A DNA stretch of 53,600 nucleotides from positions 1 through 53,600 of the forward strand of contig UYFQ01000008.1 of NCBI GenBank assembly GCA_900617105.1, given 5' to 3'. The DNA comes from Hydrurus foetidus (lineage: Eukaryota). The notes under the pieces were generated by a model that did no database searches, was not told where the DNA came from, and saw nothing but the letters and a program-made list of their open reading frames with translations. Shown piece by piece: positions 10,929 to 23,110 of the stretch. The number at the start of each line of letters is the position of its first letter. Position 1 is the first letter of the stretch. A program made the position numbers and the translations under genes.

Positions 10929-12133
10929 TCACGCATCATTCTTTTGCTGCAACATCAATACTTGATGCTGAAGTTGCAAGTTTCTACCCTTCAGCTCTTC
11001 GAGAGCGATTGTTTCCTGGAATGTGAAATTGTTACCGTTGCTGTTGTTAGAAGAGTTATTGCTACTACTACTACTACTACTACCGCTGATGCTGTTGATA
11101 GAGGCTTCATCCTGGCGCTCAAAGAAGCGAGTGGCGGTAGCCATCATTGCGTTGAGTCCACTATCAAAAGACTTTGATGAAACGAGTGGTGTCACTGCAG
11201 GTGGCTTCTGAGCTGCACGTGCAACGGAGTTATGCGCTCTGCCACTGCCACGGCGGTCGTGCTTCGCTCTTTTAGGTTTCGACACGTCCTCTCTGTCAGT
11301 TTGCTCAGGTTGAGAGTCTGCTGCCTTTACATCGACAACAGCAGTGCTTCTCCTCTCCTCATCTTCGCTGTCACTTGTATCGGAGTCTCCTCTTGTTCCA
11401 CTGGCAAGATCCATGACTCTATCATTGCTTTGTTTAGCTGCTTCTACAAATTTGTCGGGAACGTGAGATAATATTAAGCGATGTATAGGAATTCAAGGGC
11501 GATTATTCATGTTGGAATTTACCTGATAGTTTACACTTCCCGTAAGCTGCGCAAGTGCTCAAAATCTTCACATTATGAGTCGCCATCTTATCCTCTTCTT
11601 GCTTTGCATTGTTCTTTAGGATAGCTGGTGTTAAGTCCTTTTTTATCTCTCGTCCACTGGGATCCCTTCTGCAAGGTCTGACCTCGTCTTTGCCAATAGT
11701 AACTAAGAGATCATAAGCTGTATTCAAATCTTCGTCGCTTACGATACCCTGGGAGGTCACTCCCACACTCATTTTAGTCATCATCTTTTTCCCGTCTTCT
11801 GCCGTAGAATTAATCTATATTGTATAGAATGATGCTTAACAACGAATCCAACATAACTCGCAGTTGAATCCAGTTATGTACCTGCTCTGCAAGTATGTTC
11901 TCTCACAGCGATTTCAAGATGCCTTACTTTTTGATGATTGTTGATGATCTAACAATCTTATCAGTATTGGTCGATTCAAAAACAACTTGATGTCCAAATA
12001 GCATCATGAGTGTGTTAATGAAGCTGACACTCTCGCCGTATGGTGCATTATGATATCGCTCTACTCGCTCTTGGTTTGAAAGAAGCTCGAGGAGGGCAAT
12101 CACTTGCTGCACGTCAAACATTTTGGACGCCAT
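10929..12133 (-). pseudogene. Harbinger accessory ORF2 (putative DNA-binding partner), multi-exon or degenerate
   Basis: Three minus-strand ORF pieces inside the TIRs, convergent on the transposase, matching the two-gene PIF/Harbinger layout. No domain clearly recognised. Confidence 0.55.
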
Positions 12134-12811
12134 GATATCAATACTGCAAGTAACGATGATCTATTTATTGCCATAGCTAACAACATTCTGTAAAAAAACT
12201 CTTGAAAAAATGTAACGCAAACACTTATTTTCAGGTGTTTTCATGGAACTTTCCAGTCCAGAATCGACTCAATTTTCCACTCATTTTTCAACGAAAAAAC
12301 GTTTCAAAATCGAAAACGCGAATACTCTAATAGCTTGGGAACGCAACCGTATAGCCGCATGGGCCACCTTTGTGTCCGCATTTTCCAACAGAGGGTGTGT
12401 GGTTTGTAGGGCTGGTGGCCGGGCCGAGCTCAGCTCGACCAGCTCGGCCAACTCGGCGAGCTCGGCCAGCTCGGCCAAAGTACTCAGTCAACTACGTCAA
12501 CTCTACACCTACACCTACACCCTACACCACTACCTCTTACCCACTACTAACTTCTGCATATCATTCCATTGCTGAAGGGCAGGTCATGATGACAGAAGAT
12601 GGACTTAGGTATCAGTGGATTCTGTGATGCCACTAATTTTCGCTCAGGTGCCGGAAATTTCATGTTGGACAGTGAGCAGTTCTGCAGTTCTTGCTTTCTT
12701 CTGAGAAATGGAGAAATTTTATGAACTGCATTCAAGACGGAACTCAAATTGCTGGAAGAGCCACGACAAATTGCGTGAAGCCCACTTGGGAGGGGGTTCC
12801 ATAGAACGCAT

Positions 12812-13445
12812 AAGTCTGGTGTATAGAACTGGGCAGCGATTCGACTCCTACTTGTTGCGACCCACTTAAATTTGTAGGAACTGATCAGCCTCAGCTCCGA
12901 GATGATTTGGTCAGTCGTTTTCAAAGTCTGGTGCGTTGAACTGAGCAGCGATTTGACTCGTATATTTGATGGCTCATGAAACATTACGTAAGGGCCACTT
13001 GTAAAACTCAAAGTCTGGTGTGCACAACGGGGCAGCGATTCAACTCCTTCTTGTTCCGACACTCGGGGTACTGCTGGCGATTGATTAGCAGCAGCTGCTA
13101 GATGACACAGTCAATGGCAATAATGGGCGCAATGTAGGACTTAAAGTCTTGTGCGCAGAACCCTAACCGATCCAACTCCTACATGTATTGACTCCGACTA
13201 TAGCTCAAGTGGGCGCGATGTTTAATTCAAAGTTTGGTGCGCAGAACTCGACAGCGATCCGACTCCTACATGTGTTGACTCCGACAGTTGCTGTTGTAGG
13301 CGCGATGTAAAATTCGAAGTCTGGTGCGCAGAACTCGACAGCGATCCGACTTCTACATTTGTTGAATCCGACAGTTGTCTAAATAGGCGCGATGTAAAAT
13401 TCGAAGTCTGGTGCGCCGAAATGGGCTGCGATTCGACTCATCCAT
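12812..13445. repeat. Degenerate ~87-bp minisatellite (about 7 units) inside the hAT
   Basis: Core AAGTCTGGTGCGCAGAACT..CAGCGATCCGACTCC at ~12812, 12923, 13010, 13143, 13229, 13316 and 13403. Confidence 0.85.
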
Positions 13446-13851
13446 TGTTTATTAATTCTTAAATACTATCGTTTTGTGTACAAGGGTGATGTATGAAATG
13501 TAAATAATGCGAGTTCCATGAATACTTTTTTCCGTATACGATTTTTTGACTGTTTTATCGTACTCCGAACGAAAAATCCTCAGTTTTGAATTTTGAATTC
13601 CTGTTGTCCGCAGCTTTCAATTCTCATCGCTCAACTCTCCACCTATCCTCACAAAACCAACCGCAGACAGAAACTGATAGGGTCGTACTGGAGACGAAAG
13701 GTCCTCAATCCTCAATTTTGAATTCCTGTTGACCGTCACTTTCAACTTAAATCTTTCGACTCTCAACTTTCAACCAATCTTCACATTATCGATCGCAGAC
13801 GGCAGAAGTATTCGTCGAGATTCCATCCATTTGTTGCCTTCAATTGCCCAA

Positions 13852-16466
13852 ATGTCCGTAAGTTTCAAATGCGAGTACTCTGCATGTACGGCGAATTTTT
13901 TCGAAGACTGCGATCTCTGTCACAAATGCTTCTGTGAGTATCAGATACCTGCCAGCAAGCACAAATGCGGAGAATCAAATGTGGCCGAATTGTCTTCCAT
14001 CGAGCCACTTGCTTCTCGGAGGTTCTCAGATCTTTCTTCTGACAGTTCTTTCATCGCAAGTCCACTTGAATTATCGTTTGCATCGGCATGGGAGACCCCC
14101 TCAACAAGTAGCTCAAGTAGCTCCAGTAGCTCAAGTAGCTCCAGTAGCTCGAGTAGCTCAAGTAGCTCAAGTAGTTCCCAAATTGTCGCCACACCAACGA
14201 ACGCACTCAGAGTTGCCCCAATCTTTTCACAAGTTCCTCAAAGCGTTAAAAGAAGGAACATATCAGGTGCAGCACCTCTGGAGACAGTTCCTGTGAGAGT
14301 GAAGTGGGGCGCCGGTGAAGAAAAGCGTTGCGCACTAACCACCGATGTAGAAGCATTCAAAGGCTCTACTTGGCTTTGGGATCACTTCAAGAGGTTTACC
14401 AAAGAGGACTCATACCTCCAGCAGCAGAACTACGAGGTGTCCTGCAACATCTGTAAAGAGGAGGCAAAAAATGATCCAACTATTCGATGGGTTGTATTCT
14501 ACGACAAATCAACGACCAAGTTGGAGAGACATTTAGCGAAATGCCACCCTTCTATTGTGAAAGAGTGGCAGAAAGATGTCGCGACGAAACTGATCAATAA
14601 TGGGGAGTCGAAAACGATGGTCGAATATTTGAAGACTGGCGCAAGAGATGATAACCTTTACAGATATTTGAAAATGTGTGTTATGAACTATCTTCCACTC
14701 GCACTTTGCTCGTACCCAGAATTCAACGGCGAGTCTTCCAAATTTATGACTCGTTTTTTGACTGTCGCACAATTCAATACTTACAATTTCATGCCAAACG
14801 GCATCTAACCGTATTTTTATGTTCCTTTAGATTACAGTGTAGGACTTAAGGGCGATTATGTTCCGCTAGATAGACATTACGTCACCAAGAAACTAACTCA
14901 AGTTGAGAATATCGTTATTGAAATACTCAAAAATATGCTAGCGGGAGAAAAATTCGCTTTGACATCGGACCATTGGACCAGCAATGCTAAGACGCATTTC
15001 ATAGCAGTCACATGTCACTTTATAAATAAAGACTGGGAACTTGTATCTATGACTTTTTGCAAGGAGCATCCAGGCAAGATTACAGCAGTCGAGTGCAAAA
15101 AGGAAATCAATAAAGCCCTTACGTTATACGACCTTGAAATGAACGATGCAGTTGCCCTGGTGACGGATACCGAGAGCACCATGACCTTACCGAGGCGATC
15201 ATCATTACTGTATAGCACATGTACTGGAGCTGACGACGGTAAGATATTGAATTCAACTGTTGCGCATGAATTGTGTTTCTGATGTTTGCCTAACTCCATA
15301 TCAACGCAGAAACAGTGCTTCGATGGACACTCGGATGCATGCAAACGTGCAAGACATTTGATTGGTACATTTTCAAACTCTACACAGCTCTCCGACCTTC
15401 TCAAGAAGGTTCAGCTGGTGAATAAGGTCGCAGTACCACTTAAATTTGTTCAGGATGTCTGCACAAGATGGTGGTCAACGTATCAGATGATACAACGGTT
15501 CTTGTCTTTACTGACGTACTTGGATATGCTAGTCGCCCGGGGTTCCTTGATGCAAAGGGAGATGTTAACCGTCGTAGAAATCAGCGAGCTCCGTCAGTTG
15601 GAAAGCATTCTACAACCATTCATGGCCGCACAAAGGGCATTAGAGGGTCAAAAGTATGTCTCTAACAGTCTAGTCGCCTACATCATTCACACAATAAGAG
15701 GTGGACTGGGGAATATCCTCGAAGCAACAGAAGTTGATAGTATAAAACGTCTTATCGATAAGTTGCTTGCAGATGTTACAAACGGTTTTAATATCTACTG
15801 TGGATCGGGCGATACTGGAACAATATTCACAGAGAATGAAACGTACGGTTCAAGACAGAGGCAGAAGGGGATTCCCAAGAAAACTTTAATGGCTTCCTTC
15901 CTAGATCCTAGAACGAAATATATGTCATGTATTCCATAGGCGGATGTGGAACAAATAGTCAATCACATTCGAGGAGAGGTGCTGAGGATAGCAAAAGAAT
16001 GTGACACTTCCGTAGATGAGATCCCGGAGGATGAAGCTAATAAAACGAATACTGATAATGAACTCTATGGGGGTCTCTTTTCTAACTTAAGGAACTTCAT
16101 CCGCAGACCAACTGTTCGTGTCCATTCCGAGGCTATCCTTCAAAGTAAGATAGATGCAGAGATTCAGAACTATATAGACAATATGGAGTCAATAGCTTTA
16201 TCCTGTAAAGTGGACGGTGTAAGGGTATTATAATCCACTAATTTGGTGGAAGAAAAAAGAAAAAACTTTGCCTCTTTTAAGCAGCTTAGCTAGACGTGTC
16301 TTGTGTATTCCTGCGACTTCGGCCTCGTCAGAGAGAGTTTTCTCAATGGCAGGTCTAACTATCACAAAACTTCGATCGTCACTTATCTCAGATAATGCAA
16401 GCGCCCTGATTTTTCTCCATGACACTTGAAATATTGCTGAAACCTGTCAAAATAAAAGAGCAGAAC
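13852..16466 (+). pseudogene. hAT transposase (AN1-like zinc finger, Ser tract, BED finger, DDE core, dimerisation domain), disrupted
   Basis: WDHF...CNIC...LERHLAKCH BED finger; TSDHWTS, VTDTES, CIAHVLEL, TRWWST, LDPR, PATSASSERVFS. Two introns, several stops and frameshifts. The last codons lie beyond Gypsy-2 at ~23049-23095. Confidence 0.93.
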
Positions 16467-16996
16467 TGTAGTCCGGATGGAGAAGAAGATGGGTAGAAGA
16501 GCGGGTTGTGCTTAGGTTACAGTCTGGCTAGAAGCTAGGTAACTTCTACGAGTAGGCTGCAGCTAGCTAGCTAGTCGTGGTAGGGCTGTATATGTACTGT
16601 AGGCGGAAGGATCGGGTGGATCGTGACAAGGTCCGGTACGGCCCGTAGGCCCGGTATACCCGGTACGACCACATTTCCCCCACTTATCTCTTTTTTTTGA
16701 AGAAATCTAATCTATGACGCGACCACCACGTTTAAAAAAACTAAATAACTAATAATAACTAAGAAAGGAAAAGAAAATTTAACGAAAACTAAAATGAAAA
16801 ATATAATAAGAATATTTACAAAATGTAAACTGTGGTGGGTCGGTCGACGAGAAAAGTGGTGCCAAGTACGTAAGTACGTGTGCCCGAGGCCTCGATACGT
16901 AATTATGTCAGATTTTTACTGACTAAAACCATAAAACCTCATCGAGGGAAAATTAGGAAAAATCTTCAAAAGATAATACGTTCGAGATCAGTCTTC

Positions 16997-19900
16997 TTAG
17001 ACTGATGCCTCAAGATTCTTGGGGATAAAATGTTTCATTTTATTGTCCCTCAAGTATTCATGGAGTGCTTCACAAAGCCGTAGGTTTTTCCACGGCTCCC
17101 ATGAATTATGAGTGTCATCATAATTAAGCCATTTGACTTTGAATGACATTGTCGTAGGCTTCTTTTTGTCACCTGAGTGACTAAGAACCTTTTCCACTAC
17201 AAATTCCATGTAGTCACGACGAGCAGTGTCAGCAGGTACATCGACCTCTGAATCATAATTAAAAATTTTTAAATTTTTAATATGTACACTTCGCTCTTTG
17301 TGTGTGACAAGGTTAGCGAGGATATACTCGGATCCTTTGTAGGAAATAACACGGTACGGGCCATGCCACGTAGTGTGTAACCGAGTAGGCGGTCGATCCG
17401 TGTAACGACATAGAACATATGTCCCTATAGGGAACACTGTCGCACACTTAGCTGATGCCGCGTGTTTAGCGTCTGCTGACACCAAAGCTTGAACAGCTGA
17501 CTCAAGGACCTTGTCCTGAACACTGATCAAGTCCTCAATGTATGTTGATCTAGAATGTGTATTCACACTTAAGTGTGGTGTTAAAATACCACGATTCAAG
17601 TCAAGCTTGTTTCCGAACAGTAAATGTGCGGGCGCAACTTTAGTGCGTCTATTAACTGAACTGTTAATGATGCGTTGCACGAATGGGATTGACTTGGCAT
17701 ATCCCTCAAGGGTCTGTTTATCAAAAACAAGACCTCTTAGGTGTCTATTTACCTCTTTGTTGACTCTCTCAACAATCGCATTTTCCTCTTTCGAGTATGC
17801 GAGGGTTAAATTATGTGGCGTACCACAAAGATCTAAAAAGTCTTTAATTAAATCGTTTGCGAAATGGGATCCTCGATCCGATCGTATCATGTTTGGCGAG
17901 CCGAAACGGCCAAAATGAGAGAGTAGGCAGTCGGCCGCTGATTTTGCGTCTGCATTTGCACACCAAAATAGTTCAGTCCAACGTGTGAACGTGTCGATAA
18001 TGACAAGGATATAACCTTTGTCTGGGAATGGACCGATATAGTCAACATTCAGCGTATCAAAGATAGCATAATTCGACGTTGCAAAGTGAGACGCATTGAT
18101 CTTAGGATCTTTTGCGCTCAACTTTTGACAACACGGACAGTTCTGTATGAACGTACGTACATGTTGTTTCATGTTTTTCCAAACTTGTTGTAGACTGAAC
18201 AACCGAGTAAGGGTACGATCTACACCGTTGTGACCAACAAACGCATTGTGGCACATTTGGATGTATTCTAACTGATCGTCTGACGCTGGGTCAATAGCTG
18301 TCAAAGCAGACACAGTGACCGACGACGACGAAGTTGGAAGTAATTCCAATTCCGTTGTTCGTAACGGTAATGCGATTTCTGTCAAGTTAGGACATAATCG
18401 CGACAATGCGTCGGCTAAGGCATTTGACGTGCCAGGTACGAAGACAACCGTAAAATGAAGTTCTTGCATAGCAATGAACCATCTTGCTACCATTGAGGTA
18501 GGGTTTTGTTTCATATACGTGATATTCAAATGATCAGTATAGATTGTGAATGTACGATCTCTGATTAGGTAATCGAGTTGTGTACAACAGTAGAATATAG
18601 CATACGCTTCTTTCTGTATAGTTGACCACCTTATTTGTGTTGGTGTCAATGATTTGCTTATAAAAGCTATTGGTTGCCAAATGGTATCAACCACTTGGAA
18701 AAGGACACCGCCGATTCCAAAATCAGACGCGTCTGTATATAATCGGATATCCAATTTATTGTCATCAATGAAGTACATTAATGGACAACGAGATATCGCG
18801 ATCTGTGTATCGTGAAAGCTGTTGGTACTTGTTTGAGTCCATACAACGGCCGAACGTTTCGGTGCAGAATGATCTATCATATCTTGCATTGGTTTAACCA
18901 AAGTCGAATGCATAGGTACAAACTGTCGAAAATAATTCGCCAATCCTAAGAATGATCTTAACATAGTTAAGTTCTTAGGTATAGAAAAGTTTAACACTGT
19001 TTCTATTTTCTCTTTTGACATGGATAAACCATCTTTGTCAACCACTCTGCCAACGTATTCAATACGAGGTAGACCAAAGCGGCATTTCTTTGCCTTGAGT
19101 CGAAGACCCTTAAGTCTAAATCTTTCAAAGACTTTATTCAAGTTCTTAAGAAACTCTGCTTCACCCTTGCCATATACTATGCAATCGTCGAGATACATCT
19201 CACAACAATGATAGATAAGGCCATAGAGGACCGCCGTTACCATCTGCTCTTGAAAGTAAGAGGGGGCACGACACGGACCAAAGGGTAGTCTCGTGAACTG
19301 AAAAACCCCCGCAAAGCATATAAACGCTGTGAATATGCGGTGTGCGGGGTGTAACGGTGCCTGATGGTAACCCGCGGTTAAATCCATCACACCAAAGATA
19401 TCCGGTTTTTTATTACCGATCCTCTCAAAAAGATGTTTGATATTCGGCAGGGGAAAAGAGGCGGGAGTCAGGCACTTATTAAGTGGCCGGTAATCGATGC
19501 AGGTTCGAAATTTACCGGGTGACTTAGTTACTATTACAGGATGACTGTAATAAGCAGCATCTGACCGCTCTATAACCCCCGACGCAAGCATCTCATCGAG
19601 ATTCTCCTTAAGAGCAACCTCCTTAGTCGATGACTGGGGACGTACCGGCGTACGGTTTTCGTCTTTTTCCCACAACTCAAGTGGGATGTTAATCTCAAAA
19701 GGTTTGAGTGACGCTGGTTTCTCAGCTAACTGATCACTAAAGATGTCTGAATATTCAGAACAGAGCTCTCGGAGCTTCCTCTGAAAGCTTTCATCTCCCT
19801 CAAAGGTAATCTCGTTGAGGAAATCCTCTGGCCCCTTGGGCAAGTCATCTTGACTAGGTTTCTCAGCTAAGAAGGGTGCGAACGTGTCTATCTTGCCATC

Positions 19901-21088
19901 GTCAATCTCGTCAACTGAGAGTGCGACACCACTGGGCCATAAAGGCTCAGTGACATAGTCGGGGGTATCAGAATCCCCAAAGGTATGTGTAAGGGTGGGA
20001 ATCTGGTCGCCACCTAGGTGCGGTGTATCACCCGTACGTTTTGCGAGAATAGGAGTGACACTATTCAGTCGCTCACAACTTACATCACCACAGGAATTTT
20101 GGGTCGCGACTCCCTCAATATCCTTTTGGGGATCGTTACATGTCGACATTGAATGGACACAGGAGACGTTGCTCTTCGAAGAAGATTGACCAAGCAAAAC
20201 GCTCTTCTTATATGGGTACTCTTGTACACCATATGTAACCCTCTTTTTAGAGGCAGGTTTACCGCCTGGATATTTCAACTTGTCATAATGAGGCGTTATA
20301 GACTCGACTTCAGCTGTATCTGGTTCGGCACCCAACGCTATCATTTGACGCGTATACTTATGTTGATACATGGGATCAAGTTTCAACAAAGCTTCCTTCT
20401 TATCGAAGTCGCGTTTGCGCGCATCGCTTTTCTTTTTGTTCTCCGCGCTAAGTTCTGGCGATATGCCGAAAGCAAACGGAGTCAAAGACCAAAAATCATA
20501 CTTATTTACCGTCTTACGGCTAAACAGAATTTCAATTTCGGTTTTTCTATTAACCCTCATGGGTAAGCTGATGCTCTGGCATTCGCCATCGTAAGAATGA
20601 AAAAGGATTTTTAAATCGCAAATTTCGTTATTTACATAACATTGACCATCGAGGCCGCTACAAACAGTGATAGCTGTAGGAGCGGGGTAACAAAGGTGAG
20701 TGGCATTTAATTTTTCTAACATAGTAAAAGAAATAAAATCCTCCGAGTAATTCGCGGTGTCCAGCACGGCTCTTCCAACGGCACGCAGCTCGCTTGCTGG
20801 GCCAGTCCTATCCTTATCCTGCACGATAACAGTTACGTTGAGGTGATGAGAAGGAAGGACAGATGGATTATGCAAAAATTCTTCACGAATAGTTACATGT
20901 GGCTGTTCTTCAACATGACTATCCATCAGATTATGGGAATCATTGTCAAAGACAGCAGCCACGTCATCAGAATAAAGGTTCTTACCTTGATCCTGACCTG
21001 AACTTGAGGAGGAGGGAGGGTTGTTTCCTGTGGGGGTTGTATTTGTTTCCCCTGCCACCGGATCCACGACCCTGGTTTTGGTTTGCAT
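16997..21088 (-). CDS. Gypsy-2 Pol (protease, RT, RNase H, integrase, chromodomain)
   Basis: LDTA protease; YLDD; TDASDFGIGG; H-x5-H...CPCC; DYIGP/SDRG/VERVN integrase triad; WHGPY; C-terminal chromodomain. Confidence 0.97.
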   Translation of the reverse strand: MQTKTRVVDPVAGETNTTPTGNNPPSSSSSGQDQGKNLYSDDVAAVFDNDSHNLMDSHVEEQPHVTIREEFLHNPSVLPSHHLNVTVIVQDKDRTGPASELRAVGRAVLDTANYSEDFISFTMLEKLNATHLCYPAPTAITVCSGLDGQCYVNNEICDLKILFHSYDGECQSISLPMRVNRKTEIEILFSRKTVNKYDFWSLTPFAFGISPELSAENKKKSDARKRDFDKKEALLKLDPMYQHKYTRQMIALGAEPDTAEVESITPHYDKLKYPGGKPASKKRVTYGVQEYPYKKSVLLGQSSSKSNVSCVHSMSTCNDPQKDIEGVATQNSCGDVSCERLNSVTPILAKRTGDTPHLGGDQIPTLTHTFGDSDTPDYVTEPLWPSGVALSVDEIDDGKIDTFAPFLAEKPSQDDLPKGPEDFLNEITFEGDESFQRKLRELCSEYSDIFSDQLAEKPASLKPFEINIPLELWEKDENRTPVRPQSSTKEVALKENLDEMLASGVIERSDAAYYSHPVIVTKSPGKFRTCIDYRPLNKCLTPASFPLPNIKHLFERIGNKKPDIFGVMDLTAGYHQAPLHPAHRIFTAFICFAGVFQFTRLPFGPCRAPSYFQEQMVTAVLYGLIYHCCEMYLDDCIVYGKGEAEFLKNLNKVFERFRLKGLRLKAKKCRFGLPRIEYVGRVVDKDGLSMSKEKIETVLNFSIPKNLTMLRSFLGLANYFRQFVPMHSTLVKPMQDMIDHSAPKRSAVVWTQTSTNSFHDTQIAISRCPLMYFIDDNKLDIRLYTDASDFGIGGVLFQVVDTIWQPIAFISKSLTPTQIRWSTIQKEAYAIFYCCTQLDYLIRDRTFTIYTDHLNITYMKQNPTSMVARWFIAMQELHFTVVFVPGTSNALADALSRLCPNLTEIALPLRTTELELLPTSSSSVTVSALTAIDPASDDQLEYIQMCHNAFVGHNGVDRTLTRLFSLQQVWKNMKQHVRTFIQNCPCCQKLSAKDPKINASHFATSNYAIFDTLNVDYIGPFPDKGYILVIIDTFTRWTELFWCANADAKSAADCLLSHFGRFGSPNMIRSDRGSHFANDLIKDFLDLCGTPHNLTLAYSKEENAIVERVNKEVNRHLRGLVFDKQTLEGYAKSIPFVQRIINSSVNRRTKVAPAHLLFGNKLDLNRGILTPHLSVNTHSRSTYIEDLISVQDKVLESAVQALVSADAKHAASAKCATVFPIGTYVLCRYTDRPPTRLHTTWHGPYRVISYKGSEYILANLVTHKERSVHIKNLKIFNYDSEVDVPADTARRDYMEFVVEKVLSHSGDKKKPTTMSFKVKWLNYDDTHNSWEPWKNLRLCEALHEYLRDNKMKHFIPKNLEASV

Positions 21089-22280
21089 GGGGTTGTATCC
21101 TCCCTCTGCTTACCTCTACCCCCTCCATGCCATGGTAACCACCATGGTTCACCCTGGAGGCCTTGTCCCTGGCTCACCAGAGGCAGAACACCATGGCTGT
21201 TTTGGGGCGCTTGTTGTCACATCTTAGCACTGGGAGTACGAGATGTTGCCATTCTGCAACCCTACCGCTGCCCAAGCCCCCAATGTAGCAGCCAGTCTGT
21301 CTCTGGATGGGAGTGATGTGCGACTTACGGCACGCTAGAAGTTCACGAACGGCACTTCCGTCGACGCACGGACAGCGAGTCCGTGCTGAGTCGGAATGTA
21401 CGAGCCTGTTGTACGCACAGTCGCTGTAAGTGACTTAGACGTCCCGGATGGAGTAGGTGAGGGTGCCTTAACACTTGCTCTGCTTGTCTCTTTTTACCAA
21501 CCTCAGGCGGAATAGCCGATGAAGGGAACGAGTACACTACCTCCGGGTTGCCGTAGCTTTGATGAGGTTCGTCATCGACCTAGCCTCAGCCAGAACCTGA
21601 CCAATGCGTAGCATAGTCTTCAACCATGTCCCCGTGTTGGGTGGTGAGGTGTCAGCCGCTTTCGCTCTCAGGTAGTCTTGTTGAATTTGACTACCCTTAG
21701 CTAGGCGCTTCTCCAAGATCTGAATAAGCTCAGCATGCTGAGTCATAGTCAGAGGGCCCTTGGACCTCTCATAGTTGCTCACAAGTTCATTGTAACGAAT
21801 GAATGTGGCATTCTCATGATCGTGATTAGCGATCTGGTAGTGGAAGGGAATCTGGCTGAAACTCTCTGCCAAAGTACACTCCCCCAAACCGTTTGGGCAG
21901 AAGTACTTCACTACTAGAGTGGCTACCTGAGTCACCGTTAATATGGTGAACCAATCATGACGTTGTCGACGGTCAATGATGTTGAATTCAGGGTCGACTA
22001 AGATTTTGAAGTTCAATAGTTCGATTGCCTGCTTCTGCATACAGTCCGTCAACTTCATGTTGGGATTGCGTTGAGCCTGTTCGTAGAACTCAATGGCATC
22101 AGCTTCATCAATGAAGTTGTGTCTGAGCACGAAGACCTCACTCTGGAGTTGCATCGTCAGCGAGCTGTTACCAAACAATGAGCTGTTGATTGGAATAGTC
22201 TCATTGAGGGCAGCCAACGCTGCGAGACGAGCAATCTCCTCCTCATCAGGAGGTGGTGGAGATGGAGGTGCGGCGGACAT
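21089..22280 (-). pseudogene. Gypsy-2 gag, frameshifted
   Basis: Homologous to Gypsy-3 gag (FYEQAQR vs FFEQAQR; YSFPSSAIPP vs NSFPSTAIPP). Frameshift at ~21558 and a corrupted zinc-knuckle region. Confidence 0.8.
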
Positions 22281-23110
22281 ATCGCTACTAGATATGTATC
22301 TCGCTTAAACACAGCAGAGATCAATCCCCCGTTGTCAAAAAAAATTTGCAAGGGGTTTGCCTTGTTCGCTAACGGGTACTGTTTCGTCAGTAACAACGCG
22401 TTAGAGAATTCTAACCAACTCTTGAACTGAAAAGTCCAATGGCGTAAGAGCCAAATTTTGAGTGGTAGAAAAATTGGGTACCTTTAAAGGTATATGCTGC
22501 TGCTTTCCAGCGACAAGAAGACGTCTCTTGACTAATCTTATGTCAGCGGTGATGAATCCGTGATTCAATCGACCGTCAGAGCAGGTCTTTAATGAATCTC
22601 GGGAAGGATCTTTCGACTTCGACCGGAAACTTAAAGGATGGAAGAGCCCAAGCTTAGGGATTCCAAGAAAGCAGGTATGCTGACTTTCTCTAACTTAAAC
22701 TAAAGTTCTCTGAGCTCAAAGCTGCAAGAGAAGTCGGCCGTGGCGGACTATAGAACGCTCAGAGGTCTTATCTAAAAGTTCTGGACAAGTAGATGGACTG
22801 AGAGGTAGTAGAAGAAAGATTGGACGAATAGCGCTATTGTAGTCCGGATGGAGAAGAAGATGGGTAGAAGAGCGGGTTGTGCTTAGGTTACAGTCTGGCT
22901 AGAAGCTAGGTAACTTCTACGAGTAGGCTGCAGCTAGCTAGCTAGTCGTGGTAGGGCTGTATATGTACTGTAGGCGGAAGGATCGGGTGGATCGTGACAA
23001 GGTCCGGTACGGCCCGTAGGCCCGGTATACCCGGTACGACCACAGAACGCACAGCAAAAGGGGTCGTAAAACATGATGAAAAGAGATTGTTTTAGACTTT
23101 ATATTAATAC

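Larger units (their letters stand above)
9176..12328 (+). mobile_element. PIF/Harbinger-related (PHIS) DNA transposon with two convergent genes
   Basis: ~28-bp TIRs, AGAGTGTTTGCGTTTTCGACTTTGAAAC and (reverse complement) AGAGTATTCGCGTTTTCGATTTTGAAAC. 3-bp TSD AAT at 9173-9175 and 12329-12331. Confidence 0.9.
16467..23044 (-). mobile_element. Ty3/gypsy chromovirus-like LTR retrotransposon 'Gypsy-2', inserted in the 3' end of the hAT transposase
   Basis: 207-bp LTRs at 16467-16673 and 22838-23044, identical by eye. 4-bp TSD GAAC at 16463-16466 and 23045-23048. PPT AGAGATAAGTGGGGGAAA. Confidence 0.97.

Noticed and set aside
12812..13445. Repeat units with variable gaps resembling a CRISPR array
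   Set aside because: The repeats are degenerate, the intervening sequences are homologous to each other, there are no cas genes, and the context is a eukaryotic hAT; it is a minisatellite.
13941..14192. LELLELLEL leucine-zipper-like ORF
   Set aside because: It is the antisense reading of the 9-bp Ser-tract repeat in the hAT transposase.
21537..21560. Programmed frameshift or readthrough in Gypsy-2 gag
   Set aside because: The homologous Gypsy-3 segment is in one frame and Gypsy-1 is a single ORF. One missing A explains it, and more indels follow.
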